From Longimicrobiales bacterium (GTDB lineage: Bacteria; Gemmatimonadota; Gemmatimonadetes; Longimicrobiales; Gaopeijiaceae), in NCBI GenBank assembly GCA_965202985.1, contig CBDBCF010000001.1, forward strand, positions 448,001 through 512,000: a DNA stretch of 64,000 nt. Direction: 5' to 3'. The translations under genes and the position numbers were made by a program. The stretch's first letter is position 1. Every line of letters begins with the position of its first letter. Below are positions 63,553 through 64,000 of this stretch, in pieces. Below the pieces are notes generated by a model. It was given only the letters and a program-made list of their open reading frames with translations. It made no database searches and was not told where the DNA came from.

Positions 63553-64000
63553 TCAACCACCCTCCCGCAACCACTCCGCCGACAGCGCCTCCGCCTGCTC
63601 CAGCACGGTGTCGGTGGCGGCCGCCTGCTTGTCGGGCGGGTAGCCGTGCTTGCGTAAGATGCGCTTGACGTACACGCGGAGCCGGGCGCGCACGTCTTCT
63701 CGCACGGTCCAGTCGATCGTGGTGTTGCTTCGCACGGTCTTGACGAGCTCCTGGGCTATCGCGCGCAACGTTTCGTCGCCGAGCACCTTCACGGCGCTGT
63801 CGTTGGTCTCCAGGGCGTCGTAGAACGCAAGTTCGTCGTCGGACAGGCCCAGGTCCTCGCCGCGACGGTCGGCCTCGCGCATCTCGCGGGCCAGGCCGAT
63901 CAGCTCCTCGATCACCTGGGCGGTCTCGACGGCGCGGTTTCGGTAGCGCCGCAGCGTCTGCGCCAGCATCTCGGCGAACGAGCGGCTCTGCACGACGTTC
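63553..64000 (-). CDS. hsdR: Type I restriction enzyme R subunit, C-terminal (DUF3387-like) part
   Basis: [37 protein letters not shown]; 5' part lies outside the window. Confidence 0.92.
   Translation of the reverse strand, partial: NVVQSRSFAEMLAQTLRRYRNRAVETAQVIEELIGLAREMREADRRGEDLGLSDDELAFYDALETNDSAVKVLGDETLRAIAQELVKTVRSNTTIDWTVREDVRARLRVYVKRILRKHGYPPDKQAAATDTVLEQAEALSAEWLREGG

Overview
GC-rich bacterial chromosome segment. The gene complement and expanded beta-propeller lipoproteins suggest Gemmatimonadota, possibly a host/sponge-associated lineage (inference only). Positions 1-52 kb are mostly housekeeping: ileS, rluD, PNP, yggS, tonB-exbD-exbD-exbB, cdaA, ftsH-hpt-tilS, nfo, rmlC, a MoxR/DUF58 cluster, tRNA-Met, eno, thiL, nnr, glyA, acyl-CoA catabolism, folE2 and rpmE2/rpmG/rpmB. 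Positions 52-64 kb form an accessory, defence-like island: three paralogous beta-propeller lipoprotein genes interleaved with a coupled MT-A70 / AlbA_2-HATPase / dual-OB / 2xDUF488 operon, a partnerless ABC ATPase, a lower-GC two-gene module and the end of a type I hsdR. The most striking observation is an AAA-ATPase gene broken by an exact 28-bp duplication flanking a unique 33-bp insert (28758-28846). This matches type I-E Cas1-Cas2 integration geometry, and the target resembles a type I-E repeat, so it is a candidate natural off-target 'neo-CRISPR' scar. An Rpn gene with a clear internal antitoxin start lies nearby. Product names come from motif recognition without database searches, and many start codons were re-picked by eye.
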